64,000 nt of DNA, from positions 12,526,001 to 12,590,000 of the forward strand of contig CM075992.1 of assembly GCA_038087875.1 (NCBI GenBank). Direction: 5' to 3'. Below, in pieces: positions 15,001 to 27,460 of this stretch (positions are counted from its first letter, which is position 1; every line of letters begins with the position of its first letter). The translations under genes and the position numbers were made by a program. A model generated the notes under the pieces. The model was given only the letters and a program-made list of their open reading frames with translations. It was not told the DNA's origin and did no database searches. The stretch is from Malacoraja senta (taxonomy: Eukaryota).

Positions 15001-18000
15001 GGCCAGGGCAGTTTGCTGTTCTGGATGTCAGATGTATTATATCCAGGGTAAGGGGGGAGTGTGAGGGCCAGGGCAGTTTACTGTTCTGGATGTCAGATGT
15101 ATTGTATCCTGGGTAAGAGGGGAGTATGAGCCCAGGGCAGTTTACTGTTCTGGATGTCAGATTATTGTATCCAGGGTAAGGGGGAGTATGAGGGAGAATG
15201 AGGGCAGTTTACTGTTCTGGATGTCCCATGTATTGTATCCAGGGTAAGGGGGGAGTATGATGCCCAGGGCAGTTTACTGTTCTGGATGTCACATGTATTG
15301 TATCCAGCGTAAGAGGGGAGTATGAGAGAGAATGAGGGCAGTTTACTGTTCTGGATGTCAGATGTATTGTATCCAGGGTAAGGGGGGAGTATGAGGCCCA
15401 GGGCAGTTTACTCTTCTGGATGTCAGATGTATTGTATCCAGGGTAAGGCTAGTATGAGGCCCAGGGCAGTTTACTGTTCTGGATGTCAGATGTATTGTAT
15501 CCATGGTAAGGGGGGAGTTTGAGGTCCAGGGCAGTTTATTGATCTGGATGTCAGATGTATTGTATCCAGAGTAAGGGGGGAGTATGAGGCCCAGGGCCGT
15601 TTACTGCTCTGGATGTCAGATGTATTGTATCCAGGGTAAGGGGGGAGTATGAGGGACAGGTCAGTTTACTGTTCTGGATGTCAGATGTATTGTATCCAGG
15701 GTAGGGAGAATGAGGGCCAGGGCAGTTTACTGTTCTGTATGTCAAATGTATTGTATCCAGGGTAAGGGGGGAGTTTGAGGTCCAGGGCAGTTTACTGTCC
15801 TGGATATCAGATGTATTGTATCCAGGGTAAGGGGGGATTATGAGGGCCAGGGCAGTTTACTGTTCTGGATGTCAGATGTATTATATCCATGGTAAGGGGG
15901 GAGTATGAGGGCCAGGGCAGTTTACTGTTCTGGATGTCAGATGTATTGTATCCAGGGTAAGGGGGGAGTATGAGGGAGAATGAGGGCAGTTTACTGTTCT
16001 GGATGTCAGATGTATTGTATCCAGGGTAAGGGGGGAGTATGAGGCCCAGGGCAGTTTACTGTTCTGGATGTCAGATGTATTGTATCCAGGGTAAGGGGAG
16101 AGTATGTGGGCCAGGGCAGTTTACTGTCCTGGATGTCAGATGTATTGTACCCAGGGTAAGGGGGGAGTGTGAGGACCAGGGCAGTTTACTGTTCTGGATG
16201 TCAGATGTATTGTATCCAGGGTAAGGGGGGAACATGAGGCCCAGGGCAGTTTACTGTTCTGGATGTCAGATGTATTGTATCCAGGATAAGGGGGGAGTAT
16301 GAGGGCCAGGGCAGTTTACTGTTCTGGATGTCAGATGTATTGTATCCAGGGTAAGTGGGGAGTATGAGGGCCAGGGCAGTTTACTCTTCTGGATGTCAGA
16401 TGTATTGTATCCAGGTAAGGGGGGAGTATGAGGGAGAATGAGGGCAGTTTACTGTTCTGGATGTCAGATGTATTGTATCCAGGGTAAGGGGGGAGTATGA
16501 GGGCCAGGGCAGTTTACTGTTCTGGATGTCAGATGTATTGTATCCAGGGTAAGGGGGGAGTTTGAGGTCCAGGGCAGTTTACTCTTCTGGATAGCAGATG
16601 TATTGTATCCAGGGTAAGGGGGGGGGGGTATGAGGCCCAGGGCAGTTTACTGTTCTGGATGTCAGATGTATTGTATCCAGGGTAAGGGGGGATTATGAGG
16701 GCCAGGGCAGTTTACTGTTCCGGATGTCAGATGTATTATATCCAGTGTAAGGGGGAGTATGAGGGCCAGGGCAGTTTACTGTTCTGGATGTCAGATGTAT
16801 TGTATCCAGGGTAAGGGGGAGTATGAGGGAGAATGAGGGCAGTTCACTGTTCTGGATGTAAGATGTATTGTATCCAGGGTAAGGGGGGGAGTATGAGGCC
16901 CAGGGCAGTTTACTGTTCTGGATGTCAGATATATTGTATCCAGGGTAAGGGGGGGAGTATGTGGGCCAGGGCAGTTTACTGTCCTGGATGTCAGATGTAT
17001 TGTATCCAGGGTAAGGGAGAGTGTGAGGGCCAGGGCAGTTTACTGTTCTGGATGTCAGATGTATTGTATACAGGGTAAGGGGGGAGTATGAGGGCCAGGG
17101 CAGTTTATATTCTGGAAGATCAGATGTATTGTAACCAGGTTAAGGGGGGAGTATGAGGGCCAGGGCAGTTTACTGTTCTGGATGTCAGATGTATTGTATC
17201 CTGGGTAAGGGGGGTGTATGGGGGCCAGGGCAGTTTACTGTTCTGGATGTCAGATGTATTGTATCCAGGGTAAGGGGGGAGTATGAGGGCCAGGGCAGTT
17301 TACTGTTCTGGATGTCAGATGTATTGTATCCAGGGTAATGGGGGAGTATGAGGGCCAGAGCAGTTTACTGTTCTGGATTTCAGATGTAGTGTATCCAGGG
17401 TAAGGGGGGAGTATGAGAGCCAGGGCAGTTTACTGTTCTGGATGTCAGATGTATTGTATCCATGGTAAGGGGGAGTATGTGGGCCAGGGCTGTTTGCTGT
17501 TCTGGATGTCAGATGTATTATATCCAGGGTAAGGGGGGAGTGTGAGGGCCAGGGCAGTTTACTGTTCTGGATGCCAGATGTATTGTATCCTGGGTAAGAG
17601 GGGAGTATGAGCCCAGGGCAGTTTACTGTTCTGGATGTCAGATGTATTGTATCCAGGGTAAGGGGGAGTATGAGGGAGAATGAGGGCAGTTTACTGTTCT
17701 GGATGTCCCATGTATTTTATCCAGGGTAAGGGGGGCGTATGAGGGAGAATGAGGGCAGTTTACTGTTCTGGATGTCAGATGTATTGTATCCAGGGTAAGG
17801 GGGGAGTATGATGTCCAGGGCAGTTTACTGTTCTGGATGTCACATGTATTGTATCCAGCGTAAGAGGGGAGTATGAGAGAGAATGAGGGCAGTTTACTGT
17901 TCTGGATGTCAGATGTATTGTATCCAGGGTAAGGGGGGAGTATGAGGCCCAGGGCAGTTTACTCTTCTGGATGTCAGATGTATTGTATCCAGGGTAAGGC

Positions 18001-21000
18001 TAGTATGAGGCCCAGGGCAGTTTACTGTTCTGGATGTCAGATGTATTGTATCCATGGTAAGGGGGGAGTTTGAGGTCCAGGGCAGTTTATTGATCTGGAT
18101 GTCAGATGTATTGTATCCAGAGTAAGGGGGGAGTATGAGGCCCAGGGCCGTTTACTGCTCTGGATGTCAGATGTATTGTATCCAGGGTAAGGGGGGAGTA
18201 TGAGGGATAGGTCAGTTTACTGTTCTGGATGTCAGATGTATTGTATCCAGGGTAGGGAGAATGATGGCCAGGGCAGTTTACTGTTCTGTATGTCAAATGT
18301 ATTGTATCCAGGGTAAGGGGGGAGTTTGAGGTCCAGGGCAGTTTACTGTCCTGGATATCAGATGTATTGTATCCAGGGTAAGGGGGGATTATGAGGGCCA
18401 GGGCAGTTTACTGTTCTGGATGTCAGATGTATTATATCCATGGTAAGGGGGGAGTATGAGGGCCAGGGCAGTTTACTGTTCTGGATGTCAGATGTATTGT
18501 ATCCAGGGTAAGGGGGAGTATGAGGCCCAGGGCAGTTTACTGTTCTGGATGTCAGATGTATTGTATCCAGGGTAAGGGGGGAGTATGTGGGCCAGGGCAG
18601 TTTACTGTCCTGGATGTCAGATGTATTGTACCCAGGGTAAGGGGGGAGTGTGAGGACCAGGGCAGTTTACTGTTCTGGATGTCAGATGTATTGTATCCAG
18701 GGTAAGGGGGGAGTATGTGGGCCAGGGCAGTTTACTGTCCTGGATGTCAGATGTATTGTACCCAGGGTAAGGGGGGAGTATGTGGGCCAGGGCAGTTTAC
18801 TGTCCTGGATGTCAGATGTATTGTACCCAGGGTAAGGGGGGAGTGTGAGGACCAGGGCAGTTTACTGTTCTGGATGTCAGATGTATTGTATCCAGGGTAA
18901 GGGGGGAACATGAGGCCCAGGGCAGTTTACTGTTCTAGATGTCAGATGTATTGTATCCAGGATAAGGGGGGAGTATGAGGGCCAGGGCAGTTTACTGTTC
19001 TGGATGTCAGATGTATTGTATCCAGGGTAAGTGGGGAGAATGAGGGCCAGGGCAGTTTACCGTTCTGGATGTCAGATGTATTGTATCCAGGGTAAGCGGG
19101 GAGTATGAGGGCCAGGGCAGTTTACTGTTCTGGATGTCAGATGTATTGTATCCAGGGTAAGGGGGGAGTATGAGGGAGAATGAGGGCAGTTCACTGTTCT
19201 GGATGTAAGATGTATTGTATCCAGGGTAAGGGGGGAGTATGAGGCCCAGGGCAGTTTACTGTTCTGGATGTCAGATGTATTGTATCCAGGGTAAGGGGGG
19301 GAGTATGTGGGCCAGGGCTGTTTACTGTCCTGGATGTCAGATGTATTGTATCCAGGGTAAGGGGGGAGTGTGAGGGCCAGGGCAGTTTACTGTTCTGGAT
19401 GTCAGATGTATTGTATACAGGGTAAGGGGGGAGTATGAGGGCCAGGGCAGTTTACTATTCTGGAAGATCAGATCTATTGTAACCAGGTTAAGGGGGGAGT
19501 ATGAGGGCCAGGGCAGTTTACTGTTCTGGATGTCAGATGTATTGTATCCTGGGTAAGGGGGGTGTATGGGGGCCAGGGCAGTTTACTGTTCTGGATGTCA
19601 GATGTATTGTATCCAGGGTAAGGGGGGAGTATGAGGGCCAGGGCAGTTTACTGTTCTGGATGTCAGATGTATTATATCTAGGGTAAGGGGGGAGTGTGAG
19701 GGCCAGGGCAGTTTACTCTTCTGGATGTCAGATGTATTGTATCCAGGGTAAGGTGGGAGTATGAGGGGCAGGGCAGTTTACTGTTCTGGATGTCAGATGT
19801 ATTGTATCTAGGGTAAGGGGGGAGTTATGAGGGCCAGGGCAGTTTACTGTTCTGGATGTCAGATGTATTGTATCCAGGGTAAGGGGGGAGTATGAGGGCC
19901 AGAGCAGTTTACTGTTCTGGATTTCAGATGTAGTGTATCCAGGGTAAGGGGGGAGTATGAGAGCCAGGGCAGTTTACTGTTCTGGATGTCAGATATATTG
20001 TATCCATGGTAAGGGGGGAGTATGAGGGCCAGGGCAGTTTGCTGTTCTGGATGTCAGATGTATTATATCCAGGGTAAGGGGGGAGTGTGAGGGCCAGGGC
20101 AGTTTACGGTTCTGGATGTCAGATGTATTGTATCCTGGGTAAGAGTGGAGTATGAGCCCTGGGCAGTTTACTGTTCTGGATGTCAGATGTATTGTATCCA
20201 GGGTAAGGGGGAGTATGAGGGAGAATTAAGGCAGTTTACTGTTCTGGATGTCCCATGTATTGTATCCAGGGTAAGGGGGGCGTATGAGAGAGAATGAGGG
20301 CAGTTTACTGTTCTGGATGTCAGATGTATTGTATCCAGGTTAAGGGGGAATATGAGGCCCAGGGCAGTTTACTGTTCTGGATGTCACATGTATTGTATCC
20401 AGGGTAAGGGGGGAGTATGAGAGAGAATGAGGGCAGTTTACTGTTCTGGATGTCAGATGTATTGTATCCAGGGTAAGGGGGGAGTATGAGGCCCAGGGCA
20501 GTTTACTCTTCTGGATGTCAGATGTATTGTATCCAGGGTAAGGCTAGTATGAGGCCCAGGGCAGTTTACTGTTCTGGATGTCAGATGTATTGTATCCAGG
20601 GTAAGGGGGGTATGAGGCCCAGGGCAGTTTACTGTTCTGGATGTCAGATGTATTGTATCTAGGGTAAGGGGGGATTATGAGGGCCAGGGCAGTTTACTGT
20701 TCTGGATGTCAGATGTATTATATCCAGGGTAAGGGGGGAGAATGAGGGCCAGGGCAGTTTACCGTTCTGGATGTCAGATATATTGTATCCAGGGTAAGCA
20801 GGGAGTATGAGGGCCAGGGCAGTTTACTCTTCTGGATGGCAGATGTATTGTATCCAGGTAAGGGGGGAGTATGAGGGAGAATGAGGGCAGTTTACTGTTC
20901 TGGATGTCAGATGTATTGTATCCAGGGTATGGGGGGAGTATGAGGGAGAATGAGGTCAGTTTACTGTTCTGGTTGTCAGATGTATAGTATCCAGGGTAAG

Positions 21001-22762
21001 GGGGGAGTATGAGGCCCAGGGCAGTTGACAGTTCTGGATGTCAGATGTATTGTATCCAGGGTAAGGGGGGAGTATGAGAGAGAATGAGGGCAGTTTACTG
21101 TTCTGGAGGTCAGATGTATTGTATCCAGCGTAAGGGGGGAGTATGAGGGCCAGGGCAGTTTACTGTTCTGGATGTCAGATGTATTGAATCCAGGGTAAGG
21201 GGGGAGTTTGAGGTCCAGGGCAGTTTACTGTTCTGGATAGCAGATGTATTGTATCCAGGGTAAGGGGGGGGTGGTATGAGGCCCAGGGCAGTTTACTGTT
21301 CTGGATGTCAGATGTATTGTATCCAGGGTAAGGGGGGATTATGAGGGCCAGGGCAGTTTACTGTTCCGGATGTCAGATGTATTATATCCAGTGTAAGGGG
21401 GAGTATGAGGGCCAGGGCAGTTTGCTGTTCTGGATGTCAGATGTATTGTATCCAGGGTAAGCGGGGGGTGTGAGGGCCAGGGCAGTTTACTGTTTTGGAT
21501 GTCAGATGTATTGTAGACAGGGTAAGGGGGGAGTATGAGGGCCAGGGCAGTTCACTGTTCTGGAAGATCAGATGTATTGTAACCAGGGTAAGGGGGGAGT
21601 ATGAGGGCCAGGGCAGTTTACTGTTCTGGATGTCAGATGTATTGTATCCAGGGTAAGGGGGGAGTGTGAGGGCCAGGGCAGTTTACTGTTCTGGATGTCA
21701 GATGTATTGCATCCAGGGTAAGGGGGGAGTGTGAGGGCCAGGGCAGTTTACTCTTCTGGATGTCAGATGTATTGTATCCAGTGTAAGGTGGGAGTTTGAG
21801 GGCCAGGGCAGTTTAATGTTCTGGATGTCAGATGTATTGTATCCAGCGTAAGGGGGGAGTATGAGGGCCAGGGCAGTTTACTGTTCTGGATGTCAGATGT
21901 ATTGTATCCAGGGTAAGGGGGGAGTATGAGGGCCAGGGCAGTTTACTGTTCTGGATATCAGATGTATTGTATCCAGGGTAAGGGGGGAGTATGAGGGCCA
22001 GGGCAGTTTACTGTTCTGGATGTCAGATGTATTGTATCCATGGTAAGGGGGGAGTATGAGGGCCAGGGCAGTTTGCTGTTCTGGATGTCAGATGTATTGT
22101 ATCCAGGGTAAGGGGGGAGTGTGAGGGCCAGAGCAGTTTACTGTTCTGGATGTCAGATCTATTGTATCCTGGGTAAGAGGGGGTATGAGCCTAGGGCAGT
22201 TTACTGTTCTGTATGTCAGATGTATTGTATCCAGGGTAAGGGGGAGTATGAGGGAGAATGAGGGCAGTTTACTCTTCTGGATGTCACATGTATTGTATCC
22301 AGGGTAAGGGGGGAGTATGAGGGAGAATGTGGGCAGTTTACTGTTCTGGATGTCAGATGTATTGTATCCAGGGTAAGGGGGGAGTATGAGGCCCAGGGCA
22401 GTTTACTGTTCTGGATGTCAGGTGTATTGTATCCAGGGTAAGGGGGGAGTATGAGAGAGAATGGGGGCAGTTTACTGTTCTGGATGTCAGATGTATTGTA
22501 TCCAGGGTAAGGGGGGAGAATGAGGGCCAGGGCAGTTTACTGTTCTGGATACATAGATACATAGAAAATAGGTGCAGGAGTAGGCCATTCGGCCCTTCGA
22601 GCCTGCACCGCCATTCAATATGATCATCACTGTTCTGGATGTCAGATGTATGGTATCCAGGGTAAGGGGGGAGTGTGAGGGCCAGGGCAGTTTACAGTTC
22701 TGGATGTCAGATGTATTGTATCCAGGGTAAGGGGGGAGTGTGAGGGCCAGGGCAGTTTACTT
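1..22762 (+). repeat. 65-bp G-rich tandem satellite array (~350 monomers) with higher-order repeats
   Basis: Consensus ATGTATTGTATCCAGGGTAAGGGGGGAGTATGAGGGCCAGGGCAGTTTACTGTTCTGGATGTCAG repeats head-to-tail from base 1 to the gap; longer variants carry GAGGGAGAATGAGGGCAG. Confidence 0.99.
22551..22628 (-). mobile_element. 78-bp 3' end of a CR1-type LINE inserted in the satellite, 12-bp TSD
   Basis: ACATAGATACATAGAAAATAGGTGCAGGAGTAGGCCATTCGGCCCTTCGAGCC... matches CR1 3' ends at ~41880, ~50225 and ~51390-51445; flanked by ACTGTTCTGGAT at 22539-22550 and 22629-22640. Confidence 0.9.
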
Positions 22763-22962
22763 NNNNNNNNNNNNNNNNNNNNNNNNNNNNNNNNNNNNNN
22801 NNNNNNNNNNNNNNNNNNNNNNNNNNNNNNNNNNNNNNNNNNNNNNNNNNNNNNNNNNNNNNNNNNNNNNNNNNNNNNNNNNNNNNNNNNNNNNNNNNNN
22901 NNNNNNNNNNNNNNNNNNNNNNNNNNNNNNNNNNNNNNNNNNNNNNNNNNNNNNNNNNNNNN
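22763..22962. other. Assembly gap (200 N)
   Basis: Run of 200 N. Confidence 1.
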
Positions 22963-24780
22963 CCCTGTTTATCCAGATGCTTATATATATTATCTCTAAG
23001 TATCCTTTCCATTAATCTGCCCACCACTGACATCAAACTAACAGGTCTATAATTGCTAGGTTTACTCTTAGAACCCTTTTTAAACATGGAACAACATGCG
23101 CAGTACGCCAATCCTCCGGCACCAATCCTGTTTCTAATGACATTTGAAATATTTCTGTCATAGCCCCTGCTATTTCTACACTAACTTCCCTCAAAGTCCT
23201 TGGGAATATCCTGTCAGGACCTGGAGACATCCACTTTTATATTTTTCAAAAGTGTCAGTACTTCCTCTTCTTTGAATCTCATAGTTTCCATAGCTACTCT
23301 ACTTGTTTCCCTTACCTCACATAATTCAATATCCTTCTCCTTGGTGAATACCGAAGAAAGGAAATTGTTCAATATCTCCCCCATCTCTTTTGGCTCTGCA
23401 GATAGCTGTCCACTCTGACTCTCTAATGGACCAATTTTATCCCTCGTTATCCTTTTGCTATTAATATAGCTGTAGAAACCCTTTGGATTTACTTTCACCT
23501 TACTTGCCAAAGCAACCTCATATCTTCTTTTAGCTTCTCTAATTTATTTCTTAAGATTCTTTTTACATTCTTTATACTCCTCAAGCACCTCATTTACTCC
23601 ATGCTGCCTATAATTATTGTAGATCTCTCTCTTTTTCCAAACCAAGTGTCCAATTTCCCTTGAAAACCGTGGTTCTTTCCAATTATTACTTTCCTTTCAA
23701 TCGAACAGGGACATAAAGATTCTGTACTCTTAAAATGTCACCTTTAAATGTCCTCCATTTCTCTTCTTCATCCTTCCCGTAAAAGAAATGTCCCATTTCA
23801 CTCCTTTTAAATCCTTTTGCATCTCCTCAAAGTTAGACTTTCTCCAATCAAAAATCTCAACCCTTGGTCCAGTACTGACCTTCTCCATAATTATATTGAA
23901 ACTAATGGTATTGTGATCACTGGACCCGAAGTGCTCCCCAACACATACCTCCACCACCTGCCCTGTCTCATTTCCTAACAGGAGGTCCAGCACTGCCCCT
24001 TCTCTAGTAGGTACCTCAATATCTTGCTGCAAAAACTATCCTGCACACATTTTACAAACTCCAAACCATCCAGCCCTTTTACAGAATGTGTTTCCCAGTC
24101 TATATGTGGAAAATTGAAATCTCCCACAATCACTACCTTGTGCTTACTACTAATATCTGCTATCTCCTTACATATTTGCTCTTCCAATTCTCGTTCCCCA
24201 TTAGGTGGTCGATAATGCACCCCTATAAGTGTTGCTACACCTTTCCCATTTCTCATTTCCACCCAAATAGCCTCCCTAGACGAGCCCTCTAATCTATCCT
24301 GCCAAAGCACTGCTGTAATATCTTCATTGACAAGCAATGCAACACCTCTACCTCTTGGTATCACACCTGAAGCAACAAAATCCTGGAATATTTAGTTTCC
24401 AATCACAGCCATCCTGCAACCATGTTTCACTAATCGCCACAACATCATACTTCCAGGTGTCAATCCAGGCTCTAAGCTCATCCACCTTTCTTACAATGCT
24501 CCTAGCATTAAAATATACACATTTAAGAAACCCACCTCCTCTTATTCTCTGTTTATTATCTTTTTCTTCTTTCTCCCCTACATGTTAGGTTTGAGTGCTT
24601 CCCTTCTCTGCCTCCTGCCTCACACACTGTCTACTAGCTTTCTCTATTTGAGTCCCTCCCCCCCAACCATTCTAGTTTAACGTTTCCCCGGTAGCCTTTG
24701 CAAATCTCCCTGCCAGGATATTAGTTCCCCTTGGGTTCAAGTGCAACCCATCCTTTTTGTACAGGTCACACCTTCCCCAA
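22963..24780 (-). mobile_element. Degraded CR1-type LINE: ORF1 esterase tail, AP endonuclease, start of RT; cut by the gap
   Basis: Minus-strand peptides WGRCDLYKKDGLHLNPRGTN (SGNH DxxH block), IGVHYRPP, VIVGDFNFP, GSSDHN, SPGPDRIFPR, NYRPVSL; frameshifted. Confidence 0.93.
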
Positions 24781-24789
24781 CTCTTGATT

Positions 24790-25560
24790 CAACTTGCACC
24801 CTTTCCCCAGGCAACTGTTTGGGGGACCTGTAGATATCTCCCATTATGGTATTTCTACCCTTACAATTCCTCAGTTCTATCCATACTGACTCAACATCTC
24901 CTGATTCCATGTCCGTCCTCGCAAGGGACTGAATTTCATTCCTTACCTACAGAGCTACCCCACCCCCTCTGCCCACCTGTCTGTTTTTTTGATAGGACGT
25001 ACCTATATACCGCTGAATATTCAGTTCCCAGCGCTGGTCCTCTTGCAGCCAGGTCTCTGTAATTCCCACAACATCATACTTGCAATTTCTAACTGAGCCT
25101 CAAGCTCATCCACTTTATTTCTTATATTTCGTGCATTCATGTATAATACTTTTAATCCATTACTCCTCTCACTTTTCACATTGATGCCCATTTCACTTGG
25201 CCATACTCTCCGATCCCTTTGTGAGCTTTCTGCCCCGTTAATTCTGGTGTCTTTAATAACTTTTCCGATACTTTCTTTCACTTTAACTCCATCCTTGTAT
25301 TTCCAATTTGTCTACTCCACCCCACTATTTAGTTTCAACCCACCCGTATAGCAGTGGCAAACCTGCCTGCCAGAATGCTGGTCCCCCACCTGTTAAGGTG
25401 CCCATCCCTTTTGTACAATTCACCCTTACCCCAAAACACACCCAGTCGTCTAAGAATCTAAATCCATGCTCCCTGCACCAGCTCCTCAGCCACACATTCA
25501 GATCCTCTATCTCCCTTTTCCTGCCCTCACCAACACGAGTAATTGGAAGCGAACTGGAGA
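24790..25560 (-). mobile_element. CR1-type LINE fragment (ORF1 esterase end, ORF2 start), related to the copies at 41.9-44.9 kb and 48.0-51.4 kb
   Basis: DLNVWLRSWCREHGFRFLDDW and LKVLYMNARNIRNKVDELEAQLE; similar to 44480-44945. Confidence 0.88.
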
Positions 25561-26030
25561 TAACCTTTTTGGTCACGTCTTCAGAAAAATCAATCAGATT
25601 TGTGAGACATGACCTCCCGCGTACAAAACCATGCTGACTATCCCTTATCAGCCATTGTCCATACAAATGCCTGTATAACCTATCCCTCAGAATACTCTCT
25701 ATTAACTGTCCAAGTACAGATGGCCTTTAGTTCCCAGATTTTTCCCTGCAGCCCTTCTTGAATCATGGCACAACATTTGCCACCATCCAGTCTTCCAGCA
25801 CCTCCATCGGAAACAGGTGCTTCAGGAGAGACGGGGGTGAGGGTAAAAGAGATCCATTCTTGGTTAAGGAGGATGTCACAGCAGTGGTCAGTGGTGACAT
25901 TACGGAACGTTCCGCTAGTTTGGATATTTGGGTGGAGTTGAGGAACAAGAAAGGGATGATAACTATGTTGGGGGTGTACTACAGACCCTTAAATAGTCAA
26001 TGGGAATTAGAACAAATATGCCAGGAGATT
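25561..26030. mobile_element. Scrambled CR1 pieces: RT fragments (-, 25561-25810) joined to an endonuclease fragment (+, 25810-26030)
   Basis: SQHGFVRGRSCLTNLIDF and EDWMVANVVP on minus; IWVELRNKKG..GVYYRPLNS on plus. Confidence 0.8.
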
Positions 26031-26450
26031 GGCCCTACCTCCCTCACCCCCTTCATTCTCCCCCTCTCTCCCTCTCCCTCCCTCTCCCTCCCTCTCCCTC
26101 CCTCTCCCTCCCTCTCCCTCCCTCTCCCTCCCTCTCCTTCCCTCTCCCTCCCTCTCCCTCCCTCTCCCTCCCTCTCCCTCCCTCTCCCTCCCTCTCCCTC
26201 CCTCTCCTTCCCCCCTCCCCCCCACTGTGCCCCAAATCAGCCACCCTCTCACCCCTCTTCCTCCCCCCCTCTCCCTCTATCTATTTATCTCTCTTTCCAT
26301 CTCCCTCTCTCTCTCCCTCCCTCTCTCTCTCTCTCTCCCTCTCCCCCTCTCTTTCTCTCTCTTCCCCCCTTCTCCCACCACCCACCCTCTGCCTCTCCCC
26401 CACCCACTCTCCCGCCCACTGCCCCCCACCTCTCCCCTACCCCCCACACT
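26031..26450. repeat. Polypyrimidine (CCCT/CCCTCT)n low-complexity tract
   Basis: Direct inspection. Confidence 0.95.
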
Positions 26451-26485
26451 TGTAGTAACTCACCTTTACTCCTCTCTGGTTGCAG

Positions 26486-26560
26486 TTGCAGGTGATGTAT
26501 GGTGACCCCAACCCCCACGTCGAGCTGGTGCCGAAGGATGAGGAACCTCCGGACGAGTGA
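26486..26560 (+). CDS. Candidate terminal coding exon of an unidentified gene (LQVMYGDPNPHVELVPKDEEPPDE*)
   Basis: Branch-like CTCAC (26459-26463), polypyrimidine tract, tandem TTGCAG acceptors (AG ending 26485 and 26491), then unique CpG-retaining codon-like sequence ending in TGA at 26558-26560. No upstream exon found. Confidence 0.45.
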   Translation: MQVMYGDPNPHVELVPKDEEPPDE

Positions 26561-26599
26561 CGGGGACCGAGCTGTCAACGCCGACGGAGCCTGGGCTTG

Positions 26600-27460
26600 T
26601 GGCCCCATCCCTCACCCCCTCCCCTCATGGCCCCGTCCCTCACCCCCTCCCCTCATGGCCCCGTCCCTCACCCCCTCCCCTCATGGCCCCGTCCCTCACC
26701 CCCTCCCCTCATGGCCCCGTCCCTCACGGCCCCGTCCCTCCTTCACTCCCCTCATGGCCCCGTCCCTCACTCACTCCCTCATGGCCCCGTCCCTCACTCA
26801 CTCCCTCATGGACCCGCCCCTCCCCCCCTCCCCCTCATGGACCCGCCCCTCCCCCCTCCCCTCATGGACCCGCCCCTCCCCTCATGGTCCCGTCACTCAC
26901 CCCCTCCCCCCCTCCCCTCGTGGCCCCGTCACTCACCCCCTCCCCCCCTCCCCTCGTGGCCCCGTCACTCACCCCTCCCCTCGTGGCCCCGTCACTCCCC
27001 CCCTCCCCCCTCCCCTCGTGGCCCCCGTCACTCACCCCCTCCCCCCCTCCCCTCGTGGCCCCGTCACTCACCCCCTCCCCCCCTCCCCTCGTGGCCCCGT
27101 TACTCACCCCTCTCCCCCTCCCCTCGTGGCCCCGTCACTCACCCCCTCCCCCCCTCCCCTCGTGGCCCCGTCACTCCCTCACCCCCTCCCTCATGGCCCC
27201 GCCCCTCACTCACTCCCTCATGGCCCCGTCACTCACCCCTCCCCCCCTCCCCTCGTGGCCCCGTCACTCACCCCCTCCCCCCCTCCCCTCGTGGCCCCGT
27301 CACTCACCCCCTCCCCCCCTCCCCTCGTGGCCCCGTCACTCACCCCCTCCCCCCCTCCCCTCGTGGCCCCGTCACTCACCCCCTCCCCTCGTGGCCCCGT
27401 CACTCACTCACCCCCTCCCTCATGGCCGTGTCCATCACCCCCTCATGGCCCCGTCCCTCA
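26600..27460. repeat. C-rich, CpG-containing minisatellite (~28-38-bp unit CCCCTC(A/G)TGGCCCCGTC(C/A)CTCACCCCCT...)
   Basis: Tandem copies with variable C-runs; explains the Pro-rich ORFs. Confidence 0.95.

Noticed and set aside
1..22762. CRISPR-like array, or the many 60-97-aa ORFs as genes
   Set aside because: No unique spacers and no cas genes; the ORFs are frame-cycling translations of the 65-bp monomer.
1..22762. Satellite monomer as a hammerhead (newt satellite-2 type)
   Set aside because: No CUGANGA plus GAAA core on either strand of the consensus.
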